Of a stretch of 64,000 bases of DNA, positions 12,223-23,920 are shown one piece after another. Under the pieces are notes generated by a model. It was not told the DNA's origin. It worked only from the letters and a program-made list of their open reading frames with translations, and did no database searches. A program made the position numbers and the translations under genes. Where the stretch lies: positions 6,127,705 to 6,191,704 of the forward strand of contig CM082587.2 in NCBI GenBank assembly GCA_040954595.2, read 5' to 3'. Origin of the DNA: Balanoglossus misakiensis (Eukaryota; Animalia; Hemichordata). Positions within the stretch are counted from its first letter, which is position 1. The number at the start of each line of letters is the position of its first letter.

Positions 12223-15200
12223 GCGGGGGGGGGGGCACCATCAAATTTAATAATGTCGGTGGAAGAAGAATGCTTGCTTTCGATTAGTCAGATGCCTCCG
12301 GAATTTCTGCCACATTACAGGTTTTAATGAAAAAATTCAGGGTGATGCAAATATGCAAGGTATGGCGATTGGAAGCCTGGTTAATTGTCTCTGTGTCATG
12401 ACAGATATGATGCATTGAATTCCTCGGCGAATGCACGGCTGTGTATATCGTTATAATCGATGCCTGATAACAAACAAAAAATACTAGACGCGGGAAAATC
12501 CTTTATTCGACTTCTTTTCGTAGGAGGAGGAGAAAACTTAACGAAATGCCAGAACGATTTTTGTAGGTGCAGGAAGTTTTCGGCTAACAGATATTTATAT
12601 AAAGATATGACGAGGAAAACATTTTTAAAATACCAATAAAATTATGAAACTAGAGTCAGCGATTTTTCCGGAAATATGCTGTTTCCACGCCTGACGTTTG
12701 TCTGCACTACTCATTGTGTTAAACTAACATTTAAAAACAATTGCGTTTCGGACAGCAAATAATTTTAAATAACACGCGCCGCTAGGAATGCCGGGATATG
12801 GGTCAATGTCATGGAAATGTCCTGTTTTATCGATGTTGCGTTAATCCGCAATTAATATGCAGTTGTCCGTTTAGACGACTGAATCTGCTTGTCACGAAGG
12901 CTTAAACTCATTCGGCGAATCGTCCCGGGGGAAACAGAACCATCTCCTCGACTTAAAAGATGCATTGATGCTATATAATATTACGATGGTTTCCAGTTTC
13001 CCCTTTTAACTGAGACATTTAATCGTCACGCAGGGAAACAGGGTGTTTTTGTCCTTGAGATTTGCGCAAGACGGCGTTGCCTGGCAACAAGGGTGGCTTA
13101 CCTGAGGTCATTTTCTTCTCGTCGGCCGGTCTCAAGTTTCGCGCTTTTAGCACCACGACGGTGAGGCGTTCCGCGCTCGGGAGGTACGCCAGCGAGAACA
13201 TGACGTCGCCGAGATCCGGTCGCTTTGAGACCTAAAATGGCGAAATGAGGAAAATGAAAAAAAGACATTCAGAATTAATAAAACTGCGCTACTACAAAGT
13301 GAGCGTTTCACTCTGATGGGATGAGTGTAATAACCATACACCAATAATTGTTTAATAATACACATGGCGTTCACACAGGGACTATTGAAACGTTTCAGAA
13401 ACGTCTCAGCTCAAAAACTGGCATACATGATTATGTGTGAACGGTTCAAGTGATCCTGGAACGATTCAGATTTGAGACGACTTTGCCGACCAGACCTGAG
13501 TTATTTGTTGAACGAAAGTAGCCAGTGCCAATATAAGCAAACTTCCCTTTGGTCAACAAATGAGATTGCTACAAACTACACTCAAAGCGGGAACGGTTTC
13601 CATAGCGATGTCATGGAGGAGCACACACCATCGTCTAGAAACCACAACAAAAGCTCTCCGAAGTAATACCAGACGACACAACTTGTATTTGTTCTGATTT
13701 CAACTCACGTCTACGGCAAATATATCGTGCAATTAGATCCTTTTACGACGTTGATTGTTCCGCTCGCCATAAATATTTTACTGCGTTTTCATGAGATTGT
13801 GATTGGAATTGATTTTATATGATGCCGCGTCGTGCCGCGTCGTGTGTTTTTAACGCGATAACACGCTGTTTGACGCGCCCTGACGCGGCCAACAGGTGGT
13901 TTGTTGTCGGCGTCACGAAAAGCCACATTCGCAGAGTAGAACAAGAAACCGTGTTGTCATTTTGGCAGGGAAACGTCGTTTTGCACTATTTGTATATACG
14001 CGGGTCCGTCATTATCGAGCAAATCGGCTCACTATACCGTGACGAGGATTGATCCTTCGATGTAATTAGCCGGTCTACCCCCTTTGTCAGGCTGGACCCT
14101 TCAGAAACCCACGGCAAGGCACATATATGTCATCTTCACTGAAACTGCAGAAAAATTGAACTGCCATATTGGTGATTTCGAGTGAAAACTGTCGAGTGAG
14201 ATCATCAATAGGATCACCGAGAAAAGACGTATAAATGCCCCACTGTGATCAAGTGGCAGAGTATGAGCGCAATCTGAAGACAGTTGCCGTGGAACACATC
14301 CAAAGTGCCGACAACTGTTAACGACGGAATGTGAATTGCAATCATTCGCTGTTGTGGGCTTGATCTGCAGCGCGCCCCAGGGACAGATTGTCATGGAAAA
14401 AAATGATAGTCCTCCAAACCTTTCAACTCTCTGTGATATTAAAGTGTGTGAGGAGTTGAAAACAAAGGAAAGGACTGAATGTTCACCTTCTTTTTTCCAT
14501 AAAAATCGCCACTTTAAATTTTCTCCATACAGTTAACACAAAGGTGGCGGCCATTTTGAACTTCAAATATGGGACAATTTCGCTCTCTCTAACTATCCAT
14601 CCAACCTTCCAATCGTCCGACCAATCATCCATCCATCCATCCATCCATCCATCAATCCATCCGAAACGTAGTGGAAAAGTACACTGAGGAAATCATGAAA
14701 TCATGTATCAACACAATCGCTTGGTGGCACGCGCAGATGTCTCAGATGTGCACATGCGCAGTATACGGAAGGCTTGTGAACAACATCTTCAGTCCCCTTG
14801 AAGGCTTTGACGGTTGATAGCTATATTTATAGAACATCATTAAACGGTGCCTCTGGGATAAGAATGATTGTTTTCGGCGACAATACCATCTGGATAATGT
14901 TTTTTTGCAGGAGTATAAGAGAGCTGCTTCCACAACTGGTCAACAGATAGCACCTACATTTGGTCTGAACACCTTAAAGTGGGGGCGTTGCTATCTCTAT
15001 CAAAGACAGTGGCTCGACTGTATGTGCCTTAACCCTTCGATCACCACGATTTTCCCGACAAAATGTTGGCACAACATTTCACGTATAATTTTCTGTCTAT
15101 TCATTCCTTCCCTTTTAGACAAAGTGGACATAAGTCTTCACTGCCTACAGGCCTTGATCAGTAGTATTTGCCTCTGGTTTGTAGCGTAGCCATGGCCACA

Positions 15201-18200
15201 ACACCTTTCAACATGGGCTGGCACGGAAATGAAACCGGAAGTCTCACACGCTCGTTGAAGTCAAGGCATACAAGGAGGAAATAAACCCTGCTGTCCTTCG
15301 TGCGATATGTACTTGAGATATCAAGTCTGATCATCCTTGCTGTAAATGACCAAGGCAAAGTGAAAAAGCAGAGTACCCTTCAAGGGTGACATCTGTTCTA
15401 GGTGAAAGCACTTGTACCCGTACGTAGAAATGACTGAACAACAACACCGTTACATTATAAACATTTGCGAGGAAACAAAAACCAGAATTCCAGGGGGTCA
15501 CGTGTGTGCTGACAATCATGACACAACCAGAGAATGATGACGTATTTGGCTACGTATCTCACCTGGGACGGGTGGAAAGTTGTGTGTGTGTGCTGGATTG
15601 ACTACTGGTATATTTCATGTGTTGATTTAAACCAGGCAAGACACAGGCGTTTTTTTAAAGGCAAATTCTTGGAATGAAACAAATTCGACGCATCTGTATA
15701 TGATCAGGTAAAATAAGAGCATAGAGGCAACACCCACGTCTCGCTGACCGCATGTGGGATGAGACACAGCATCAAGGGTAAGTAAATGCCCAAATTCGGA
15801 GAAAGAAAAAATAGAATTCCACGATTCCCGAAGCCCTGGATTAGAGTAATAAAGTATTTTCTGGGAATTTTCATGAAAATGGTTATGGAAACGTTCGCCC
15901 AATTTGAAGACACGTATCAAATCACAATGAATTTTAATGAGTTTATCAAAATGGCTATCCGGTTTATTGGTGAAAATTAATGTAGCCGAAAATAACCATT
16001 TTGCGTGGGAAGCCGTGAGAACCGAAAGTGCCGAGTGGAAAATGTCATTGTGGCTGCCCCTAGCGACCATCACCGACCAAGAGGAGCCCTCACATCTGCC
16101 GCGGACAATGGCAATCTGTTCTGTTGCTTGATTAACGCGTGGTGAGATAGAATCATATATTAAATTTCACGTTGGCGTGCACGGGAGTGCCAGAGGAAGA
16201 AGCTGCCTGCAATTTTAATATCGCGCTCAGGCGAGCATCTGTGATCGGGAAGACGCACAAGTGTTTATTTTTCTCGGAGTGAAGGAACATAGAAAAGGGA
16301 TGAATTAGACATTTCTTTTCGTTTCGTGAAGGGTGAGAATCGAATCTATTCTTGTGCAGACTTGGGTAAAGTTTCCGTGGTTTTCTTTAAAAGTCATTTC
16401 GATATAACCCACATGTTGGAAAAGATGAATCTCCTCATAAGGAAAAACATCTCTCACGTTGTTTTGGTGACTTCTACGCGTGTCATCTCTCTGCACTGTT
16501 ACGCGTTAATGAGTGCCAATTTGCCATTCCCCAAGATGTGTTGACGGAAAAAGGGGTCTCCCGCGAGGAGGCTACTTGCGAGGCTACACGTGGATGTTTG
16601 CCTCTCAAACACAACAGGTTTAGAACAACGCCAATTAGGAAGAAATAACAGGTCATTGTGTAAGGTCGACGCGCGTGGTACGTGTCCTTCAGAGCGCTCC
16701 TTGACGCCTGCTAGCGTCAAAAGTGAGAGATCAACGACGTCAATCATTCAGGTGTTTGTCGGAGGGGGGGGGGGGTTCTGGCGCAAGTGGCAGATTAACT
16801 ACTGTTACTATAACTTGCGTTGCATATTGGGTGTGCAGACAATGCAGTGCCACAACCATTCTACGTTTCGACATAATTACTTAGATCAATCAAGCGGCGA
16901 CACGCCTTGCTTGATATCCTCACTTTCCGTTGAAGGAGCGAAGAAGCAAAGTTCTTCAGCGACCGGCCCTGGTAATTTGAATCGAAGAATGCCCTCAACG
17001 ATCAAGCCAGGTCCAATCACTCGAGCCAGTACTCATTTCAGTCTGGCGTGAATATCACACCTGGTCCTTCGTGGTGTAAGATGTGTTCGCCTGAACAACA
17101 CTAACGCTCAAGGTGTTCATTTGGCAAATCACGTGCGTTAGAGCAGCTACTGCATTGAAATTACACTTCAACACGTATGTGTCGTCCCACAATGCAACGC
17201 GTTTTTTCAAGATGGCGGTTAATACAGCTTTGCCCTATACTAGATGTTTAGTTTATACATATAAAGCGCACTTACCACTTCTGGTCGCTCCTCAACTTGT
17301 TTGATTTCTTTCCACAGTTCCACCTTTTCGCTCAAGTCAACGTTTGTCAGGGGCAGCGTCACTAACCCCACGCACTCGTCGCGCGAAAATTGGTCGAAAT
17401 CGTACAGTTCAATTTTGACTGTCTGCTGGTGGAGCTCGGGCTCCTGCACTTCGAAGACGAAGCTCTCCTTGAACTCGGGGTCGAGCGTCTTGCGGTGCAC
17501 CTTGCTCTGCAGCGTCTTGGTGGAGCTGGGCACGACGGAGATCTTGCAGTAGGGGTCCGACGTGCCGCTGAAGTCGCGCGGCTGCAGTTCCCGCGCCTCG
17601 ATCAGGCGGACGGTGAGCACCCCCATCTCTTGGTTGTACTTCAGCGAAAAGTTCATCATGCCGACTCCCGGGCCGCCGTGGGACCCGGATGACTCGGTGG
17701 ACGCCTGCCGACTCTGCGGTCCCTACAAAAATGAACATACACACAATAATGAATGTAACTTAATCGGACTCTGGGGTGAGGTCTAAGTCTATGGTAACTG
17801 CAAGGATGACTCAGTCTTGAAAATAAACAAAAATACCTTTTTCGCGACGAGAAATCATTAATATTCTGTCTATTTATAGAGTGTGCTATCGTCTGTACAA
17901 ATTATTAAAACCTGTGGTACGCCCATAAGCTTATTCGCCGTTCTTATCTGAACTCCCCAGGTCCCACTTTCCTCGCTTAATTTACCAATCAAGGACCATT
18001 ATCGAAACGATTCGCAATATCAGCTTTCTGTTCTAAAAGGACCGTCGTTTAAATATTCTCCACACACATTGTACTTTGCTGATAGCCTGCCGACAGAAAA
18101 GTACCCAGTTGCATATGCAAAATTGGCGCTGAGAGAAAACTTCCACCGAGCAGTCAACAAGTTTGCGTTGCACGCATAGCAACACGCGAGTCTGCGTCGT

Positions 18201-20197
18201 CGATGAGTGTGACTTGACAGACGGAATTCTACACGGGCGAGAAGCCTAGCCTGACGACACTTACGGATTTGGAGTACATTTTTGAAGATGGGTCTATCTC
18301 CCTTGGGTCCAGGTTCACGGTCATGGATTTCCGCCGCGCCTGTCGCGGACTGATGCTCGGCTGCGGCTGTTCCACTGTGAAGCTGTCCGTGTTGACTGGC
18401 GTCGTCGGGGCTGAGGGGAGAGAAAGAGAGTGACGGAGGTTAAGGTATATACACAGGGGATGACAGGCAAACTCGACCGATTCCCAGAAACTCAACGAAG
18501 CGGAGAACGAAATCATTTCAAGCGGCTCAAACGGATGCATCGGTTGGCGATTTCTGACATTGGCTTGCGACGTAATGAACCTACTTCTTGGAATTATGAA
18601 TTCCTTCGCTTCCGTCGCATCGGGTGTCACGAGTTCGGGAGGACTCATCTCTCTGCAATCGTGAAAGAAATGCCGTTGTTACTTTAATGAGAACTGAACG
18701 AAATAAGGCGAGTGTGCATGGAAGGGGACGGATATTCTGTGATGCGTGCATGCATGTATATTATAGTCAGTGAAGATGAATGTTTTATTTTGATTGTGGA
18801 AATCAAGCCACATACACAAAAGAACGCGGAGATCTAGCGTAGTCACCGGTAGATGTTCAGTAACCCGTGGGTGCCAGTGTCCACCACTTGGTCGCCAGAA
18901 GGCTTGGACACGCCCTTTGACTATATATGGGCGTATGTAAATTAGAAAGATTACATAATTTCAGGAGGGATATCTGTCTGAAAGTCGGAGAGTTTGGACT
19001 GTACCCCACCAGAAAATACTTTCATATTCCGAAGACGACCGAAAAATATAAGTGGCTGTGTCGGTGTATTTATATTCGAGGTCAGAATAAAGGTAGGATG
19101 TCGCGTTTGTTGCATTGGGCGCCACCCAAAGGGCAAGGCGCTTTGGTTTCCATGCAACCAGATACACACTTTCGGCCATTTTCTATGATTTTCGCAAATT
19201 ATGGCATTTATTCGTTCAGCTCGGTAAACATAGATGTCATTTCGATAACCTAAGGGCATCCGCTGAAGTCCCTTCGCAAAAGAATCAATTTGATAGCATT
19301 TACACCGTTGCGGCAGAATGAAGATATATTGCAGTAGTGGGGATAAAGCGTCTGATCACGGCGACAGAGAGAGAGAGAAAAAAAATATCAACTTTGATGC
19401 AGATTAAAGATAGCGCCATCCATTGATACTACATGATTTCTGTTTCCCTGGAGACCGTTTGAGAAGCAACTTCACCCTGTAATATCTTGGGAGAGCAACA
19501 TCTATAAAACCTGCCTTCGAGCAAAACAATACGTATTACTTTGAAATCTCTGCAAATCGCGCGCTTTCCGCACGGGGAACGGTTTGTGCGACCTTCCGCT
19601 TGCGTTGTCAAGGGGTTGACTTGATGGCAACATGGATCGCATCGTGATCGTGTTCATTAAGATTAACTCTTTCAATTAATCATACGTTCAAGGTTGCTTC
19701 CATGACGGTCCGACCTACTTTTGGCTTCGATTTGTGTATACGTAATAGATTGGCTTGTACAGTATGATGGCCGGACGAAGAAACGAATAAAACGATCGTA
19801 TGAACGAACGAACGAATGAATGAATGAATGAATGAATGAATGAATGAATGAATGAATGAATGAATGAATGAATGAATGAATGAATGAATGAATGAATGAA
19901 TGAATGAATGAATGAATGAATGAATGAATAAATGAACGACCGAACGAAATAAACGCCTCCTTACCCCGATGACCTGGAGATTCCGCGCATGCTCGGAGTT
20001 TTCTTTCTCGGTGACGCCGCCGCTTTCAGACTCTGTTTAACATCCTCCTCGTCCAAGTATTGCTGCTGGTACCATTTTGCCGATGTTCGTCTCTTGCAGA
20101 TGCAAAAAACGATGCCAGCCAGCAGTAGTATCAGAACCACGGATAGCACTACGTAAGTAGCGATCATGTACGGCGGGATCTCTTCCGACATGGCCAT
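9666..20197 (-). CDS. Synaptotagmin family protein (TM + C2A + C2B), about 441 aa, 7 coding exons
   Basis: Exons in transcription order: 20197-19965, 18652-18585, 18410-18265, 17722-17276, 13231-13102, 12052-11865, 9779-9666. All introns are GT-AG, phases are 2,1,0,0,1,0, total 1326 nt. It has an N-terminal [29 protein letters not shown]2A GTSDPYCK...[14 protein letters not shown]2B DPYVKV...KRLKKKKT...LNPVFNE, and the C-terminal synaptotagmin motif HWNEM...KPIARWHAL. The paralogue cannot be assigned without phylogeny. Confidence 0.93.
9999..10018. mobile_element. 20-bp palindromic DNA-transposon remnant/footprint with near-perfect 7-bp TSD
   Basis: CATAGACCCTAGGGTCTATG is a perfect palindrome, flanked by GTTTGAG and GTTGGAG. 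Confidence 0.6.
11865..12052 (-). CDS. Synaptotagmin C2B exon
   Basis: ctgcag acceptor, [39 protein letters not shown]...HEHRLGQND, gtaagt donor. Confidence 0.93.
12140..12220. repeat. (CAT)n microsatellite
   Basis: About 27 perfect units in a synaptotagmin intron; source of the poly-His and poly-Ser ORFs. Confidence 0.97.
13102..13231 (-). CDS. Synaptotagmin linker / C2B start exon
   Basis: ttttag acceptor, [43 protein letters not shown], gtaagc donor. Confidence 0.93.
14628..14662. repeat. (CCAT)n short microsatellite
   Basis: Tandem ccat units with one variant. Confidence 0.8.
17276..17722 (-). CDS. Synaptotagmin C2A exon
   Basis: 447 nt, phase 0 at both ends; [40 protein letters not shown]...[14 protein letters not shown]...WKEIK. 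Confidence 0.95.
18265..18410 (-). CDS. Synaptotagmin linker exon
   Basis: ctcccctcag acceptor, [48 protein letters not shown], gtaagt donor; phase fits both neighbours. Confidence 0.85.
18585..18652 (-). CDS. Synaptotagmin small linker exon
   Basis: ttgcag acceptor, [22 protein letters not shown], gtaggt donor; needed to convert phase 2 to phase 1 between the flanking exons. Confidence 0.78.
19802..19936. repeat. (GAAT)n microsatellite with GAAC flanks
   Basis: Perfect tetranucleotide tandem just inside the intron after the TM exon. Confidence 0.96.
19965..20197 (-). CDS. Synaptotagmin first coding exon (transmembrane domain)
   Basis: [37 protein letters not shown]...; donor gg|gtaagg at 19964. 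An acceptor AG at 20210-20211 just upstream implies a non-coding first exon. Confidence 0.9.
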
Positions 20198-21892
20198 CGT
20201 GGGTGATTTCTGCCGAGAGGAGATAAAAAAGACCTATATTACCTGTGTGCCGAATTATTAATTGGATTAATGCTGTGTCACATGATATGTTTGAGTAACA
20301 GTGGCTACACTTCGTAGTTTCTCATAAATTTTTGCGACTTAATTTGCTAACGAAACCAAACCGAACTGAACTTGTGTTCAAGAGCTGCAAGGGATTGGCA
20401 CGTATATATCATGGCCAATACCATGGCGGAATGCGTCGCAAAACACGTGACTCGAGCGCAGTCACTGCGCATGCATCAACAGTGAAACAGCACAGAGTAA
20501 CACGATAAGTGTATTCGTGTATTCGCCAAAACAGCAAAGGGAGGTTTCCGGTTGTTGCAGACTGTATAATGTGACAAAAAACACGACAGTTTGCAATTCC
20601 CTTTCGGAATAAAGCCGAAAGACTTTAAACCGATACCTCATTGAGAGAGATAGCGTGTCGACACACAACGCCGCTTGCATTGCCTTCCAATATGCAAATT
20701 GAGCGAAATAGGAGCATTAAGACAGACCGCTATTACTATGGAAATACTAGTATAGTGCAAGGGTGCACCATTAGTATAATACTGTCCACCACAGAACTAT
20801 AAAACTGACTTGAGAAGAACCGCGTATGTTATTACAACCGCTACTTATAAAAAATACCCGATATATTCTGCAGAGACGCGGCACGGAAGGGGCATGCGCA
20901 GTAGCGCAACCTGTTATTCTCCTGGGAAACGGAAGAGTATGCGAAAGTGTCCTAGAACAGGCTGTAATCTGCCTGATGAATTATTAATACCTTTGGATTT
21001 CGCTCGTTCTACATTCTCTTCCTGGTCGTTTAGACAGTAATGGAAACAATTTTGCCGCCGCGGCGTTGTACATCTGTGCTAAAGACACTGTCAGTCAAAG
21101 AATTCTGCCTAAAGCGCGAGAGAAAGCTTACTCTTATGTTTGGACCTAATCAGACGGCACACGATCAAAGACACACTAAGTGGAGAACTGGAAAAAAAAT
21201 ATGTGATCAGGTCGAGCGGAGGTTAGAGATAACATCAAAGATCTGCCGACCTATTCTTTCGGTACAGTGGCAGTTCAAACGTTGCACAGGATTCTGCGGG
21301 GAAATCCGTACTCATTACGGTTGCAGCCGCGTTTTATTACTGAGGTTAATATGCAGCGAGAAACATCGAGAGAAAAAATTATGCCTGATCGCCGCCTATT
21401 CAATTTATGGGTGTGCCACCCGAAATCGGCAGTGGCTGCGCACTGTTATCACGGTTTATATATATTTTTTTAATTCTAGCGCCGAGTGTGAATTACATGT
21501 CCCGCACTGTAACGACAAGCCAGTGTGCCGCTTCAATTTGCATCTTGTGTGTACAGGTGTAAATGTGTCACACACACACTCTTGGTACGAAAGTCATCTG
21601 TCAAACGGTCTTTAGTACAAAATATATGAGAGAAAGAAAACAAGTAAAACCTAACAAGCGATAAAGCGTGCACCAACTGGCCATGGCAGGCTGTGCTGTA
21701 TTAGGTAAGGTAGTCTGGCCATGCGGTCGTTCGTCGGCCATTCGCCGTTTCATTTAAATGATATTTTCATACTCTCGAATGATAACATTTTCTGTTTGTA
21801 TTTGGCGCGAGGTGATTAAAGATCTCGCTTGCTCATCTCGGGTACTGAAGGTTCCACTATGGAAAGCCACAGCTGTCTTAAGTCCATTGTTA

Positions 21893-22100
21893 CCATTATA
21901 TGATGCCCATACATCATTATACGACGCTCATACATCTTTATACAATGTGTATACATCATTATACGCTGCTTGTGCATCGTTATACGCTGTGAATACATCA
22001 TTATACATTGCCCATACATCATTATACGACGCTCATACATCTTTATACAATGTGCATACATCATTATACGCTGTGCATACATCATTATACGTCGCTCATT
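21893..22100. repeat. 21-bp minisatellite in left TIR (about 10 units)
   Basis: Unit approximately CATTATACGCTGTGCATACAT. Confidence 0.9.
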
Positions 22101-22209
22101 CACCATGATACTATGCCCGTTCAACATACGACGCGCGTTTGGCTTTATACTATGCAGACATGTCATTATACTATGCTATTACTAACCGCAATTCCGTCAA
22201 AGAGGGCGT

Positions 22210-22978
22210 GTGATGACCTTTGACCTACTTTTTTAAGAACCTGCATATACATGATGTATGCATATATAGCTTATACTACATGTTCTAAATGTACCGGAGT
22301 TCTGATTTTTGTGCACATGGGTATTCTCCCTGCCAGGACCTACCCCAAATATTTTGGTAATTTTGGCAATGACCTTTGACCTACTTTTGACACATCGTTT
22401 TTTTTTCTGCATATCCAATTCCAGGCTAACTTATAGGGCTAGAAGTTTGGTTTTTGATGCAGGTGAATTTGTATGTGATCAAAATATTTTGCTACTTTTC
22501 AGGACCCCTTGACCTCTGCTGACCACATTAAATATGCGCATACCTAATTACAGGTGAATTAATAGAGCTAAAGGTTTTGGACATGGATTAGTATGGGGCC
22601 ACAATTTTCGCCCAAATTTTGGCTGACCTCAGATGACCTTTGACCTACTTTTGCATATCTCGGTATCCAAAGCAGATACAGCCTTGACGTTTGGAGGTAT
22701 GGTGCCATAATGAAAAGCCAACGTTTTGGGTCACCTGTGACATGTGCTTAACTCATTATTTATGTGCATACCTAATTATAGGCGAACCAATAGGGTCTGG
22801 TTTTTGTTGGACCCAGACTAGTATGAGGTCCAATATTTTAGCCCAAATATGGGGTGACCTCAGGTGACCTTTGACTTACTTTCCCATATCTTGGTATCCA
22901 CAGCAGATACAGCCTTGGCATATGCTGGTTACCATGGGAACCGCTTGTGCCCCGCAAAGGCTGCTTGCAGCTTTAATT
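22210..22978. repeat. TGACCTTTGACC-rich interspersed repeat fragment nested in the foldback element
   Basis: Internal diverged direct duplication (about 22530-22690 vs 22760-22920), four TGACCTTTGAC(C/T)T motifs, ending GCTGCTTGCAGCTTTAATT. Confidence 0.6.
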
Positions 22979-23464
22979 TAATCTGTACTTGTTATGGATG
23001 ACATTTTTCTCACCAAAAAAATGTTTATTCAAGCCGAAAATTACAAAATATTATCTTTTTATCATCGAAGTACGTTTTTCGATGATAAAATATGTATTTA
23101 ACAATTTCCGATGTGAAAAAACAGTGATTTGGTGCCAAAGATATCATACAAAACATGTCGAGAGAGTTTGATCAAATATATTCATATTTTTACAGAGTTA
23201 TAAAAACTTATTTTCATACTCGTACTGCAGATGCCAAACCGCGATGGTCGCCCGAAAATGCTTAACTACTTTCAGTCTCCTGAAACCGAATCCGAATCCG
23301 AGACCGAGACCGAAACCGAATCCGAGTCTTACTTCAGTATCGTCATGTGTATGTTACGCCCTCTTTGACGGAATTGCGGTTAGTAATAGCATAGTATAAT
23401 GACATGTCTGCATAGTATAAAGCCGAACGCGCGCCGTATGTTGAACAGGCATACTATCATGGTG

Positions 23465-23920
23465 AATGAGCGACGTATAATGATGTATGCACAGCGTATA
23501 ACGATGCACAAGCAGCGTATAAAGATGCACAAGCAGCGTATAAAGATGCACAAACAGCGTATAATGATGCACAGGCAGCGTATAATGATGTATAAGCGTC
23601 GTATAATGATGTATGGGCAGCATATTATGATGTATGCACAGCGTATAATGATCGCACATTGTATAGTGATGTATGAGCGTTGTATAACGATGTACGACCA
23701 GCATATAATGTTGTATGCACATCGTATAATGATGTATGCACATTGTATAATGATGTACGAGCAGCGTATAATGATGTATGAGCGTCGTATAATGAAGTAC
23801 GACCAATGTATAATGTTGTATACACATTGTATACTAATGTATGCGCATTGTATAATGATGTACGAGCAGCGTATAATGATGCATCAGCGTCGTATAATGA
23901 TGTATGGGCAGCGTATAATG
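23465..23920. repeat. 21-bp minisatellite in right TIR (about 22 units, inverted)
   Basis: Unit approximately ATGTATGCACAGCGTATAATG. Confidence 0.9.

Noticed and set aside
11987-12327. Poly-His and poly-Ser ORFs
   Set aside because: Translations of the intronic (CAT)n microsatellite.
14365-14580. Probable MITE fragment (GGCGGCCATTTTGAA motif)
   Set aside because: Looks like an interspersed repeat, but no TIR pair or TSD could be delimited in the window.
17301-17786. Several overlapping ORFs on both strands
   Set aside because: Shadow frames of the GC-rich C2A exon.
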